A stretch of 63,933 bases of DNA, filler included, from Lenisia limosa (taxonomy: Eukaryota > Protista > Breviatea), in the NCBI GenBank assembly GCA_001655205.1. It is 13 parts of 13 records of this genome, joined end to end, with 100 filler letters (N's around TTAATTAATTAA, not from the genome) between each part and the next. Parts side by side here need not be neighbours in the genome. Positions count along the whole stretch, not along the records: positions 15,585 to 22,408 come from LPNZ01009310.1; positions 22,509 to 26,505 come from LPNZ01010386.1; positions 26,606 to 33,046 come from LPNZ01009294.1; positions 33,147 to 37,508 come from LPNZ01001554.1; 9 more parts are not named here. One strand, written 5' to 3'. The notes under the pieces were generated by a model. The model saw only the letters and a program-made list of their open reading frames with translations. It did not search any database and was not told where the DNA came from. A program made the position numbers and the translations under genes. Shown here in pieces: positions 21,860 through 35,086 of this stretch (the stretch's first letter is position 1; the number at the start of each line of letters is the position of its first letter).

Positions 21860-22290
21860 TTAGAGAGGTCCAACTTGCCTCGCGGAGGAACAGCCTCTCT
21901 CAGCACCACCTGCCTTCCCGGCTCGGCCATAACCTAAGGGATGTTGGGATATGGGGGGGGGGTGAAGAGGAAATTTAAAACAATCCTGCGGGACACTTTG
22001 GGTCTTCTCCAACTCTTTGAGTCGGAAATCAAGATGAGAGAACAGCACCAATAAAGCAGTTGGGCCTTACTTGTCTTGCCAGCCGCCAACAAAGCAGTTG
22101 GGCCTTACTCGCCTTGCCAGCCAACAAAGCAGTTGGGCCTTACTCGCCTTGCCGGCCGCCAAAAAAGCAGGAATCCCTTGCTCACTTTGGCAGCTACGAC
22201 GGAGAGTTTACTGTCACTTGGCAGGACTAGGCGGACGGGAGGCCCATTTGGAAGGCGGAGTTGGACCAGTGTTTCGGGATGATCGGCCTA
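21860..22290 (-). CDS. UBX/ubiquitin-like domain protein, 3' exons (partial)
   Basis: ADHPETLVQLRLPNGPPVRLVLPSDSKLSVVAAK resembles the UBX IQIRLPDG motif; last exon VMAEPGRQVVLREAVPPRGKLDL*. Confidence 0.45.
22053..22165. repeat. ~35-bp tandem repeat x3 (AAAGCAGTTGGGCCTTACTCGCCTTGCCAGCC...)
   Basis: Directly visible. Confidence 0.85.
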
Positions 22291-23739
22291 ATAGAGGTGA
22301 ATGAGGGTGGTTGGTCTAAGGTTAGGGGGTAAATGGGAACATTTATGAAACAAAAAAAGCCCAAATCTGTTGGCTGATAACACACTAGGGTTGATAACAA
22401 CAAAACAANNNNNNNNNNNNNNNNNNNNNNNNNNNNNNNNNNNNNNNNNNNNTTAATTAATTAANNNNNNNNNNNNNNNNNNNNNNNNNNNNNNNNNNNN
22501 NNNNNNNNTAATACAAAGATTTTCTTCGAGGTGTCACAAGAGTTTCAAACCTATCAAAAAAATTGTTCCGCTCAAAAGAGTATCTGGTTTGAAGAATGAC
22601 TTTTCCAGTATTCTAAAAACTATTTCAAATTATCTTTACATCGCCTTTATGGATAACAAAACAAAAGAGTACCGAGTTTTGTTGAACCAGGGGTTAAAGG
22701 GGAAACATTTGCGTAAGCCAATTCCACCACTCTAAAGTTTTTTTCAAAAGAGAAATCTAGATCGAGTCGACATAAATGGAATAAGTTCAGTTCAGTTCNN
22801 NNNNNNNNNNNNNNNNNNNNNNNNNNNNNNNNNNNNNNNNNNNNNNNNNNNNNNNNNNNNNNNNNNNNNNNNNNNNNNNNNNNNNNNNNNNNNNNNNNNN
22901 NNNNNNNNNNNNNNNNNNNNNNNNNNNNNNNNNNNNNNNNNNNNNNNNNNNNNNNNNNNNNNNNNNNNNNNNNNNNNNNNNNNNNGTGTTCACGGTCAGA
23001 TGACGTACCTTATATTATGTATATGCATGTTATAGTTTGAGATAAGATGTCTACTAATCGAAATTACCTTCGTTTTATGACTAGGGCTTTGTTTGTTTTG
23101 TTCTTTTAAACTCGTCAGTCAACAGAGTTGATTTTTGGGCTTTTTTAGTTTCATAAATTGTCCTTTTTCACCCCCCCCCCCNNNNNNNNNNNNNNNNNNN
23201 NNNNNNNNNNNNNNNNNNNNNNNNNNNNNNNNNNNNNNNNNNNNNNNNNNNNNNNNNNNNNNNNNNNNNNNNNNNNNNNNNNNNNNNNNNNNNNNNNNNN
23301 NNNNNNNNNNNNNNNNNNNNNNNNNNNNNNNNNNNNNNNNNNNNNNNNNNNNNNNNNNNNNNNNNNNNNNNNNNNNNNNNNNNNNNNNNNNNNNNNNNNN
23401 NNNNNNNNNNNNNNNNNNNNNNNNNNNNNNNNNNNNNNNNNNNNNNNNCAATTTAGCAAAAAACGTGAAGCAGCCAAATGAACCCACTATCACCCATGAC
23501 AAGGCACTGTTGATACAAAACAGGTGGGGGGAGGAAGTCTTGACTACATTATCTTATATGATAATACAGTGACTGGGATAAGTCTTGACCGATTTGCTCA
23601 ATGATTCACCAAGGAGAATGGGCCAGGACTTATCCCGGTCACTGGATATCTTATAATACCATCTTACTAATTTCCTCGCGCTTCTTCAAATTTCTCTGTT
23701 ACTCATTGTTCCTATTTCTTGGGTCACCCCATCAATTAT

Positions 23740-25480
23740 GAACTCTAATAATGTCAATGATAATGATGCGTTGGGGGCCGCTGCGGTTTTGGTGACGCAG
23801 CCAGTCCTGGGGGTAGCCCAAATAATGAGCGCCGACCAAATATGCCACCGAGGGGTAATACTATACTGCCTCTCTTCCATGAAGTAGAATATGATGCGAT
23901 AACACATAGAGCAAGGAAGCAAAAAAGATGCCTTGCCGTGCTTACGAGTCCGAAACCTCAGGCTAAGAGTATCAGGCGGGTGTTGGGCCAAGCTGCGAAA
24001 GTGAGGCAACAGCTTCATGATAGTGGTGTCGACCAACTTCCTCTATTCGCCTCCAATAATCCTCTTCATATCTCGGGAATGCTTTATGCTATTGTCTGTT
24101 CGAATGTCCGCACTGTATATGTGGGTCAAACCATAAACACAGCATGGGACCGCTTCACACAGCCCCAATCTAAGCACGTAACGATAGCAATGATTTACCT
24201 CTCAACTTCGCTCGGCCAAACTCGCTGCCTTCAGAAATGCTGCCTATCCACGGGAGCAATTCTGGATCAATAGGCTTCGAAGCTTTGTGCCTGAAGGACT
24301 CATGTGGAAATAGCTTCTCGTCATAGGAAAAGGAAAAGTAGTTCCAGAAGGAATCCCATGAAGTTCCGGCGTCAGCAACCGTCAGTTGAAGGGCAAATGG
24401 AAGCGGCTACAAATCGCATCTATGCTTCTCGACATTGGCAGCGACGTCTTCAGGTCCTTATCACATATATATGCGCCATAACAATTCTACTATCCCTCAT
24501 TCATACTTCCTCCCATCCGCCGTCCAAAATGCTTGGGCATGCAATACGTGAAGGCATAGACGTCTATTCGACTCTTCCTTCATGCTGACTACCGTCTTCC
24601 TCGCAAAATCAAAGATAGTCGTTCTGATTCCGTCACTATTAGGTTTTCACAATACTCTCATAAATCGGTTAATATTCTCAACGCCATTAAATGTTCCGTA
24701 GATTTATTGCCTGATAACTGTCCGTTTGACCTTCAAAGTATCTCTGTTCAATGTAAATGTAATGTTCCTGTATTTAGACGCATCCTTAATCATATAAAGT
24801 AGCTAAACAGTTGAAACCGCTTGGTGAAAATTGTCCATGTCACCTTAATCCTGAGTATATGTCTATTTCCCCTTCTGATTGTCCTACTTCCCACGGTAAT
24901 CATGTTTTAACAGGTAGTCTTGCATGAATTAAGAATAGTAACCTCAATACACTACGTGGGTTGGGTTTCCAATGATGATGGTGATCTACCTGCTCAAGTG
25001 TAAGAAAAACTCGCTTGTTACATCAGAAATAAGGTTGCAGCTGGGTAATTCGGGACTGTCCTCCCTTCTTTGCGTTTGCCGACTTTATTGACCAAGTCAA
25101 AACCAATGTAAGGACCCAAATGGCTTCTTCCTGTACCAATGATAGACCAGCACTGCGGAAAAATGACCTCAAGGCACTGTCAAGGATCCAGCAAGCCTTT
25201 GGCATTGTTCCAGCAGATAAAGCGAGTGATAATTTCATCATTGTTTGTCGTGAACACTATAACCATATTCTTTGGAATGAACTTCACAATAGCCAATCGT
25301 ATACTCTCACAGCCGAGCCACTTGCTAATATTGAATGCAATTTACGCAATAGTGGGGGAAAGTAGGGTAACCTAGCTGACGGTACCCTTCCTTACCTCTA
25401 CGCACTCCCTAAAATGCACAAATCTCCAATAAGCTTCAGATTCATTGCCGGCGGTAAAGATGTAATCGCTTCCTTTGAGG
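23740..25480 (+). mobile_element. Decayed Penelope-like retroelement with N-terminal GIY-YIG endonuclease (Naiad/Chlamys-type order), 3'-truncated
   Basis: GMLYAIVCSNVRTVYVGQT...RF (24076-24156) and REQFWINRLRSFVPEGL (24251-24301), then CPCH...GNHVLTGSL, VPADKASDNFIIVCREHY and LPYLYALPKMHKSPISFRFIAGG (pre-RT motifs); several stops and frameshifts. Confidence 0.8.
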
Positions 25481-26747
25481 ACGTTATCAATATTTACAAT
25501 AATCCAATATCTCTTATAAGCGTGATGGTGGACGGCTTCGGCCATACACATCTTTATTGTTTCTCATTGCTATATATATATTTCTCTTACATTTCTCTCA
25601 TTGTTCCTAGTTTCCCCGCATTTTCCCCAATTATCTCTAACTTCCCAGGGCCAATATCATGTGTGTTGCAACTCGGAGAGATGGTGAGTTGGCATTTGGG
25701 CTTCACTTTGGTTCAAAAAAACTGAATTTCTCAATAAATCCCTGAAAGCTATCGATATTTTACCGGTCTTTTTCGGATCTTGAGCTTTTTTTTTTGTTTC
25801 GTAACTTTTCCAATTTACCCCCCCCCCCCNNNNNNNNNNNNNNNNNNNNNNNNNNNNNNNNNNNNNNNNNNNNNNNNNNNNNNNNNNNNNNNNNNNNNNN
25901 NNNNNNNNNNNNNNCAGTCAAAATTGTGGACACGTCATCAACTGCTGAGACCGTGGGGGTGTATAACTAGGGCTTTCTACGGTCCAAAAAAGACCGTTAA
26001 AATATCGATATTTATTGAAGATTTATCGAGAAATTCAGTCTTTTTTGGGACCGTTAGGTATATTATATATAGTATAGAGAGGGGGGGGGGGGGTNNNNNN
26101 NNNNNNNNNNNNNNNNNNNNNNNNNNNNNNNNNNNNNNNNNNNNNNNNNNNNNNNNNNNNNNNNNNNNNNNNNNNNNNNNNNNNNAAAATCCTATTTACG
26201 ACGATTTATCGAGAAATTCAGTCTTTTTTCGAACCGAAGTGAAGTGCTAGTCTTCTCCCTGCCTCTTTTCTCATAGTTCCAGGCAAGTATTGTCAAAACC
26301 ATCAGCATCACAAAAGAGGTTTGATGGGCAGACCGGGGGCTTCGGTAAATATCGATAAAATTTCAATAAAATTGTTGTAATTTGCAATAAATTCTCGAAT
26401 CATGTCGCATGTGAGTTCCTAGTGACCCTTATAGCCTGTCACTCATGTCGCCTTCCACCCTCGTGAAACAAGTATGCTGGGGGGGGGGGGCTATTCTAAC
26501 AAGTGNNNNNNNNNNNNNNNNNNNNNNNNNNNNNNNNNNNNNNNNNNNNTTAATTAATTAANNNNNNNNNNNNNNNNNNNNNNNNNNNNNNNNNNNNNNN
26601 NNNNNACCATCACGCTTATAAGAGATATTGAATTATAGTTTAATATAATTTCACCCAATCATTTGCCTCTTTCAAGTTTGGCGTCTTCTTCTTTCTCCTT
26701 ACCCCTCTTCACCTCCTCATTCATCATCTTTGCTCGATTATAACTTT

Positions 26748-29700
26748 TCAGGGTTGGCAGCAGCCAGGTTCATTCTCAACAATGCCGGCGGCGGCCTATT
26801 TGACAGTCTCTCGGACCATTTGCAGCTTCTGACTCGGATCGACTCCGACATCGTGAACCAGACGAGTGGGGGGTCTAATGATTTTGTGTTTCACTGTGTT
26901 TCCAACGTATTTAGTAATTTTCACATTTTCCCTTAGCCCCCCCCCTAATTGTCTTTTTTTTGAATAATCAAATTTTTACCAACTTTTTAGTTGCGATTTT
27001 GAGCTTCGGCTTGCTTTCGGTTCTCCTCATGATCCTGCTCTTCACTCTTCTCCGAATCAGGTCAATCACCAGTAGTGTACGGGGGGTTTAAAGCAGGCCG
27101 CTAAACCCGAATGGAACCTTGGAGTGTAAGGAGTTTTCATTGATTTGGGGTAAAGTTTTTGGTTACTTTTGACCAAAATTCATGGATTTGGGGCTCGGTT
27201 AAGATTACGTAATGAATCTGGTTTAGCGGCCTGCTTTAAGGGACAAAGTTGTAAGCAGTCCTTTTTACTTATTTTCATTTTGAATGTGAAGTAAAACTTT
27301 TGTCTGCATTTCCACAGACTTCTTTTATTGTTTATATTTGCTACTATTTACTCTATGAGCTGAGAATGTTGTCTGGCCGAAGCTGTCCATACCATCACGC
27401 TTATGAGATATTGAATTATAATACATACAATATTAATTGACGGGAATAATTTGCCTCACAACTCTGTGCACACATAATCCCTAACAATTAGTATTCCTTT
27501 GTATTTATGAATAAATACTTGTTTGGTTATATGTTGGTGAAATTCGTATGGAGATACTTGTTCTGGTGGGTTCACAACCTTGATGTGGCTATTTTTTTTT
27601 ATTTTATTTTTTTGTGTGTGTGTTTTTTGAAATGTTGGTTAAAGTCTGTAAACTGACCGATATGTGACAATTTACCGAACCGAACCGAAACCGATTATCA
27701 CCAAATATTGGATTTACCGAACCGAATCGAAGTGAAACACTCTTTTGGTTATTATGAAATAGTTGAGATTCCCATTATTCACATGGTTCCATCTACTTCT
27801 ATTCCACAGTACTACTTGGGGATGCCAAGTCGATGCGCCACAGTCTGTTCCTCACCCTCGCAGTTAACCAATACCTTGCCTGCTCTCCACTATGAACATC
27901 TGAGCGTAACGGTGATAAAGACGCCAACTCTGTTCGAAATCAACAACAAGGTTCCCCAGGTGAGATTCAGTCAATCCCGGTTTCTTTTACTCGAGCATGA
28001 ATGGATTAAAGCAGGGTGGTATTTCAGAAAATTGGCTCGGATTTTTATTAAATTTTCTCTAAGATTGACGCATACTGTACGTGATTTACACCAAAGCTTG
28101 GAGTCTTTCAAACTGAAGTAACGGGTAGTTATTAACAAAAAAAAAATCATTTCAAAGAAGGCGGCTTAGAATAATTTTCTAACAGCATCTGTGACAATTT
28201 TCTGAATTACCACCCTGCTTTAACGAGATTTCCACTGTCCCTATCTACTCTCTGGGAAACAGCCGCCAAGGGAATGGACTTGGCAGTGAACTTCATTTTT
28301 TCTATTAAAATTATTGATACATTTATATCTCTTCCCACTTTAAATTCTTGTCTTATTATTGCAATATTTTTTTTTTTGAACATTTTTTATTTCACTTGTT
28401 AAGATTCTGCATCTGATGACGTGATGTTTTTCACAATATTTAAATTTTTGAAACTTGTAATTATCTCACTATTTAGGTAAGCGGAGTATTCATGTCGTAT
28501 ATGAAAGTGTCAGAGATGGAGTGTTTGTCCTGCTGAAAACCTTATCAATAAAACCCATTTCTTATTCTACTATATATGATAGCGTACAGGTATTGAGATT
28601 GGTATAGTGATAGCTAGGATTTCATAATGATCCTAATTTAGAATTTGACCTGGGATGAGGAGGGTGGGACTCAAAATTATTGCAAAAGAGAAATTGTTAT
28701 TCAATTTTTGTATTAAATATCAGATGAACTGAAATAGTCTCTAAGAAAACTATCATTGAACACACTATTGGTTTTAAGATTCTTTTTTAGCTCTTCATCT
28801 TCTACTATCATCATTTTTTATATCTTCAGCTTCTACTTTCATCCTTTTTTAGCTCATCTTCTACTTTCATCAATTTTAGCTCATCTTCTACTGTCATCAT
28901 TTTTAGCTCATCTTCTATCATTTTTAGCTCATCTTCTACTTTCATCATTTTTTATATCTTCATCTTCTACTTTCATCCTTTTTTAGCTCTTCATTTATGA
29001 TGTGATCAGTCTTCCCATTTCAGGCGCCGATCTATACTCTTACAAAGATGAGTCGTAAGAGGGGTGAAATATTTACTTTTTGGGTCATCTTCACACATGA
29101 AAACTATCATTTTTCACGCAGTGATATGATACCCGAAACAACTACACACAGTTTCTTCCTTCTCCCTTACAAGTATTAGATTAAAAATTTCCTCCCACAT
29201 GTATTATATAATCCACTCACCACAATTGACCCGAAATTAAGTTTAATAGGTCTTATGAGTGCTTTTTTGGCTCGGGATATAACTGAGGGTTTTGGTGCAG
29301 AGAGAGCTCATATCCACTTGTATGATAATTGACCGACAAGTCTCAATGATACTCTGATACACCCAGAATATACCGTCGTGGTATCTTTGTTCATAATTTT
29401 GACTCTCAAGTCGGTCAAATATCAATATCACTCACTAGTGTACGGGTTAAAATTTGAATCCGTGCAATTGGGACATATTGTAACGACACCTCCATTTCAC
29501 AGGCCTTCATTTCAAATCGTGTCTCTGAATTTCCTCGAAAAATATTTGCACGGAGTAATGATACATTTTGAACTCTCAAAAAGCATACATAAATTCCGTG
29601 AATCGCAATATGAACTCTAAATAAAATGGTAAATTCCACAGGGTCATTTGGAATTAGAATTCATATTACTATATCAGTTGGAATTATCATAAGCACTACT

Positions 29701-32700
29701 TAGACTACTTCTCTACGGAGTAACCATTACCACGCAATTTAGACTATGAAAATCGGTCATATGATCAAAACACTAGTGGATATGGGCCATCTTTTCGACT
29801 TGAAAATCGGCCATATGATCATAACACTACTTCACTACTAACTACACTAGCTTCTGCAAAATGGTCTCGGGCAATTTCACCGTCTACCTTCCGTTCCTTG
29901 CCGTTTCGCCGTCATTCGGAATATGCAGAGTAAGTAAGGGTGCAAAGGAATATTTGTGGGGATCAGTCTGATTTTTGAAGTGGTTTCATTTTAAACGAGT
30001 ACTCCATTTCAGACGCAACTATGATGATAATACTTTTTCCAACAGGTTTTATCCTTTTGTTTTGACTGATATCTTTATCCAATTATTACTTTCTCTTCAG
30101 CTAAGGTTGCGGGTTTGTGGTTTAGTATACAGTGACCGGGAGATTTCCCAAAGAAAATCGGTCAATACTTATAACAGTCAGTTTATACTAGTAGTTAATA
30201 CATTGACTGGGATAAGTATTGGCCGATTTGCCAGGAGATTTCCCAAAGAGTGTAGACTTAATAGGGATACCAAGTCAAATCACCTTAGTGTAAACTGCAT
30301 TGGGATCCCAAACCAATGTACCTTGACTACATAGGGATTTCAAGTCAAATCACCTTGTGTAGCGAATAGTCTGACAATTTCTTCATCCAATTAATACTTC
30401 CCTTTCTGTTGATTGAGTCCAGACTACATTTGATTACGACTCGGACTTTTACCTCAGGTCGGCAAATTTCACTGTAGGGGGAGGGGGGGGGAGTCGTATG
30501 GCAAAGATTGGGTGGATTAATATTATACTATAATTTAAGATATACCTTAGAAGCTTGATGGTGTAGACGGCTTTAAAAAAGAAGAAAAAAAATTGGCATG
30601 TGTTAGCATTTGACCGCTTTTAGTTAACTCTTGTTCCGAATATCAGAGCTCTCGATGGTGTCATTGAGTCCAATGCCTTATGGGGTAGGCGGGCTTCAAC
30701 CGCCGGATCTTTCATCATCATCCCTTCTAGTTATTACCCCCCCCCCNNNNNNNNNNNNNNNNNNNNNNNNNNNNNNNNNNNNNNNNNNNNNNNNNNNNNN
30801 NNNNNNNNNNNNNNNNNNNNNNNNNNNNNNNNNNNNNNNNNNNNNNNNNNNNNNNNNNNNNNNNNNNNNNNNNNNNNNNNNNNNNNNNNNNNNNNNNNNN
30901 NNNNNNNNNNNNNNNNNNNNNNNNNNNNNNNNNNNNNNNNNNNNNNNNNNGTACTTGTGTTTGAACCAAGAGTCCCAGACAAACTCCAAAGAACCGTTGG
31001 TAACTCTGGCCTGCAAATGAAATTCGAGGTAAGGGGGTGATTTCATAGAGTAATGCGGGTTTTTTTTTCAATTTCTCTTTGTTTTTAGCTGTGTCACTTT
31101 AACTGCACACTACCTCACACATTGCTGTCTTTTATATAATGTTGTCCTGTTATCNNNNNNNNNNNNNNNNNNNNNNNNNNNNNNNNNNNNNNNNNNNNNN
31201 NNNNNNNNNNNNNNNNNNNNNNNNNNNNNNNNNNNNNNNNNNNNNNNNNNNNNNNNNNNNNNNNNNNNNNNNNNNNNNNNNNNNNNNNNNNNNNNNNNNN
31301 NNNACTATTTTCTTACACCCAAAAACATTGCCAACGTTTTAGCTTCATCACTTCAACTTCACCGAGGCCGAAATAGCCACTGAATGCTCAATGTCAGTAT
31401 CATTCAGCCCCGAACCTCCTGTGTTCCTAGGAAACATAGGGTATTGCGACCTCGTGGAGAAAACACTATATTTTGACATCAATGTAATGCTTGCTCAAAA
31501 TGTGAATTATACTGTGGGTTGGGGTTGTTTTCTTTTTGTTATGTTTTTGTTTTGTTTTTTGTTTTCTTTTGTTTTCTTTAATAGTTCACACCTGTGAAAA
31601 TGATCGAAAGAGAGCTATGATATGATATATGAAAGTTAGTTGTAACCCTTCCAGCTGACTCTAAACTCAAGAACGTCGCTCATTTATCCAATTCTGATGC
31701 TAGTGGGGCTTGGGGAAGGAGGGGAGTTGGGGCAAGGGATTTTTCATAATTATTTCACTTCCCTTTATAGGAAGGCTACTTCACTGCTGCACCTTGTGAT
31801 GACATTCTTCTGCATTCAATTGAAAAGGACGGAATCTGTATTTGCCCCGCAGGTAAAATGGGGATCATCAAGGGTGATCTTCTTTTGGTAAACTGGAAGT
31901 TATCTAATTTATATTTCGTACATACGATATATTATATATTATACATATGTGGGTGGGTCCTCAAAGCTCCGGACAGCATTCAAAATTCACCGGACACATC
32001 AAAACTCCCGGAATGCTTGAAGTTGACCCCTTGTATAAACTATCAAGAGCCTAGGGTATTGTGATCAGGGCTTTGTAACGGTCCGAAAAAGACTGGTAAA
32101 ATGTCGATATTTATCGAGGATTTATCAAGATATTCCGTCGGGACTGTAGGGAAGCCCTAGTTATGATAGCTGTTTCAACATTATAATGTGCTTCAAATTG
32201 ACTTCATAATAGTTTCAAGACAATGTTAATTACTCAATTTCTTCCGTAATCATTAGTGATTCACTCCGATACCAAAAAGATCGTTAAACTATCGAAATAT
32301 GTCGATGTTATCAAGAAATTCAGACATTGCCTCTTGACTTTCTTAGGAATGATTCATACGGAAGGAACCAATGAATGCCAATTCTGTGCACCGGGTACCG
32401 TTAAAAGCCTCCCAGGCGCAGAAGTGGGTAATTTCGGACAGTAGTGGCGGTGAATTTGTTGGACTCACGCATTTGGCTTTTTGGCTNNNNNNNNNNNNNN
32501 NNNNNNNNNNNNNNNNNNNNNNNNNNNNNNNNNNNNNNNNNNNNNNNNNNNNNNNNNNNNNNNNNNNNNNNNNNNNNNNNNNNNNNNNNNNNNNNNNNNN
32601 NNNNNNNNNNNNNNNNNNNNNNNNNNNNNNNNNNNNNNNNNNNNNNNNNNNNTGAATAATCTAAAACTCCAAACAAACAAAACAAAAAGCAAGCAATAAC

Positions 32701-32965
32701 AAACACAAGCAACCAACGCTGGTTAATACCGTTTCTTGTGGAGGCCCTTTCATTTTTAAGCTGACAAATATGATTTCGCTTTCTTTTTCAAGCTGAGATA
32801 TTCTTCTTTCTTTGAAGCTAACCATTAAGATTCCCCATTGGAATGCGCGTGTCCAGAAATGACGTTCCTGCACATCATAGATGGCAATTGGGACTGCTTG
32901 CCCTGTCCGGATAACTCAGTATCCGTGTCAACTCTTCTAAGTGATGCGTGTATGTGCATTGAAGG
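26748..32965 (+). CDS. Large multi-exon cell-surface protein with GCC2/GCC3 (ephrin-receptor-like) Cys-rich repeats (partial)
   Basis: Exons DGICICPA (~31771-31852), GMIHTEGTNECQFCAPGTVKSLPGAE (~32347-32423), DSPLECACPEMTF...WDCLPCPDNSVS...DACMCIE (~32829-32965); linking the 5' exons to this gene is less sure. Confidence 0.6.
27092..27235. mobile_element. TTAA-flanked MITE (Kolobok-like)
   Basis: Perfect 16-bp TIR AGCAGGCCGCTAAACC / GGTTTAGCGGCCTGCT; TTAA at 27088-27091 and 27236-27239; partial homolog ~13580-13692. Confidence 0.8.
28790..28990. repeat. Minisatellite (TTTTAGCTCATCTTCTACTTTCATC variants) x~7
   Basis: Directly visible. Confidence 0.85.
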
Positions 32966-33339
32966 TGGGAGGAGTCTGAGTGATCTCTGTGTGTATTTTT
33001 TAACAAGAGAAATAACATTCATTAGAGTCTAGAGGGGGGGGGGGGANNNNNNNNNNNNNNNNNNNNNNNNNNNNNNNNNNNNNNNNNNNNTTAATTAATT
33101 AANNNNNNNNNNNNNNNNNNNNNNNNNNNNNNNNNNNNNNNNNNNNTTCGGCCAGTTACAACCTTATTTATTATTCTCATTGCTATAGTATATATATGAT
33201 ATAGTTGTTATTATTATCGTTAGTTTATTGGGGGGGTTTTGGGAATTAAGGAACATGTTTTCGCTTTAATATTGTTGAATTACTCTTCCATCCTCTACCA
33301 GCTTGTGAATCTTGACTCTTTCAACGTGTAGTGTTTAGA

Positions 33340-34743
33340 AATGACGTTGCAACATGGTGGACAGGTCAACGCCTTAGTAAGTGGGAAAAAACTATGATTC
33401 TCTTGATCAGTGAGGGCATCACATAAGATATGACAGACTTATTCTTGATTTGGACCCATACCGACACATTATGGATTTTGACCCTGAAGGATCGGAACGG
33501 CCGTTCTCCTCTGCACTCCATTCTGGCTTCATGCGGCATCAATTATGCCGTAACATCAACTGTGGGGGGGAATTGTCTTTAAATGATACTGGTCATAATC
33601 TGTCGTCGTTATCCAAGAGGCTGGGTGTCTCTTTTAACTGCCGAAATGCTCTCGTCACCTCACAGAAACAAAAGCCGAAAAGCACTGTTCCCCTCCCAGC
33701 AGCCTCACCAGCGGAGGAGGAACGTGGGGGGGGGGGCTGGTGGCCGTGCGTGGGAGAGTGGTTTATCATTATTGAATGCCAGATGTTGGGCTGCAGGCAT
33801 TGTTGGGGTTTTGACCACCCTGTTGGTCGAACATTTCGATATTCATCGGTGATGCGCGTCACGTATTATATTGTATACGATATAGTATGACAATACGTAT
33901 ATTAGTTTTTCATTTCACACCGTTCAGCCAGGGTTCACAATCGAAGCTACTTGCCTACCGAGAAGTACGTGTTCAACAGTGAAATGGTGGCAAACTACTC
34001 CGAGCCCTATCCCGAGGGCCGACTCGAAGCCCTTGTTGACCTCCTCCTCAAAAACGGTGCTGCTTGTTGGACATGGGTCCCATTGTTATTAGCTCATTCT
34101 TGGATATTTGAAAACTATGTGTGTGTGCGGACGACTTCGGCAAGATATTCATGGTCTCGTGGGAGGTTCACTCATGCTGACTAGATTCATGGTCTCATGG
34201 GAGGTTCACTTTGCTCACTATCTTTCTCAGCTATTGAGAAAAACAGTGATTGGGAAGTCTTGACCAATTTTTCCTGGGAATCCATAGAGCAAAACGGTCA
34301 AGACTTTCCGGTCACTAGTATATGTACCGCTGGGAGGATCATAGTAAGGCTGTTCTCACGTCACCCCCCCCCCCCNNNNNNNNNNNNNNNNNNNNNNNNN
34401 NNNNNNNNNNNNNNNNNNNNNNNNNNNNNNNNNNNNNNNNNNNNNNNNNNNNNNNNNNNNNNNNNNNNNNNNNNNNNNNNNNNNNNNNNNNNNNNNNNNN
34501 NNNNNNNNNNNNNNNNNNNNNNNNNNNNNNNNNNNNNNNNNNNNNNNNNNNNNNNNNNNNNNNNNNNNNNNNNNNNNNNNNNNNNNNNNNNNNNNNNNNN
34601 NNNNNNNNNNNNNNNNNNNNNNNNNNNNNNNNNNNNNNNNNNNNNNNNNNNNNNNNNNNNNNNNNTTCTGACCCCCAGGCCGGGGCATCTCTAAGGAGGC
34701 ACTGGAGTTTGCCGAGCACGTGGATAACGAGGAAGCTGTCAAG
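33340..34743 (+). CDS. Ankyrin-repeat protein (partial, multi-exon)
   Basis: EMTLQHGGQVNAL, KDRNGRSPLHSILA, EALVDLLLKNGA, GRGISKEALEFAEHVDNEEAVK. Confidence 0.55.
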
Positions 34744-35086
34744 GTAATTAAGCAGTTCATGAAACGATGAATGAAGCCTCTAAATGCACACCTCAACTTC
34801 GTTTGCGGGGTTGTATTTCAGCAGTATTTGTGAATATCACGTTAACTCAGATCTCTGATTTTAACAAACTCAGGTAAATCTTCGAGGACAGTGATGTGGA
34901 GCTGATTTATTTCTTTTCATTTTATCATTTGTGGATTCTAAACTGGGCTCTACACAGGTCGAAGGAGGGGAATTATTATGTCGATAACGAGCTCCATATT
35001 AACCTGTACTGTGAAACCGACAAAGAAAGAGAAATAACAGAAGAAAGAAGGCCAAAACTACTCTGATGAAAGTCAGCGGAGGGCCT

